64,000 nucleotides of DNA from Azolla caroliniana (taxonomy: Eukaryota > Plantae > Polypodiophyta), in the NCBI GenBank assembly GCA_043228905.1, contig JBHGNT010000013.1, forward strand, positions 3,906,001 through 3,970,000. The letters run 5' to 3'. A program made the translations under genes and the position numbers. Below, piece by piece: positions 63,881-64,000 of the stretch. The notes under the pieces were generated by a model. That model did not search any database, was not told the origin of the DNA, and saw only the letters and a program-made list of their open reading frames with translations. Position 1 is the first letter of the stretch, and the number at the start of each line of letters is the position of its first letter.

Positions 63881-64000
63881 GATTTCAGATACCATCTGAA
63901 ACCGACCCGACTTGAGCTTGAGGGGGCGTGTTGAGAATCAAGCTCAACTTGGTCTAGTGTGTGAACTCACCTTGAGAGTGAATAGACATTCCAACGGTCA

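Larger units (their letters stand above)
58446..64000 (+). mobile_element. Ty1/copia retrotransposon C, near full length
   Basis: 5' LTR 58446-58835, PBS tggtattagagc, gag-pol ~59000-63270 (CGYCGKLGH, LWHKRIGHIN, TPQQNGVAER, YVDD), PPT gagggggcg, 3' LTR from 63929. Confidence 0.93.

Overview
This is a eukaryotic window, almost entirely transposable elements, with no ordinary host gene. It is most likely land-plant heterochromatin; a fern or other non-seed plant is inferred from the element types. Most of it is nested, decayed LTR retrotransposons whose order can be rebuilt from LTRs and target-site duplications (TSDs). One Ty1/copia element (<1-41510) is the host for a self-priming chromovirus (64-12829, with further nests), two large cut-and-paste DNA transposons and an internally deleted gypsy element. 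A hAT/mariner-like nest, a second gypsy and a second copia follow. The main result is the two Sola-like DNA transposons, both with TIRs and 4-bp TSDs. Element 1 (13173-20793) has a Sola1-like DDD transposase head-to-head with a six-exon gene encoding a ParB-like domain fused to a prokaryote-type beta-class N6-adenine/N4-cytosine DNA methyltransferase. Element 2 (21639-33418) has a Sola2-like transposase convergent with an intact six-exon RING-H2 gene and an FCP1/HAD-like ORF. Its termini and two largest introns are filled with the palindrome TAGCTAATTAGCTA. All family names come from motifs recognised by eye; no database search was run.
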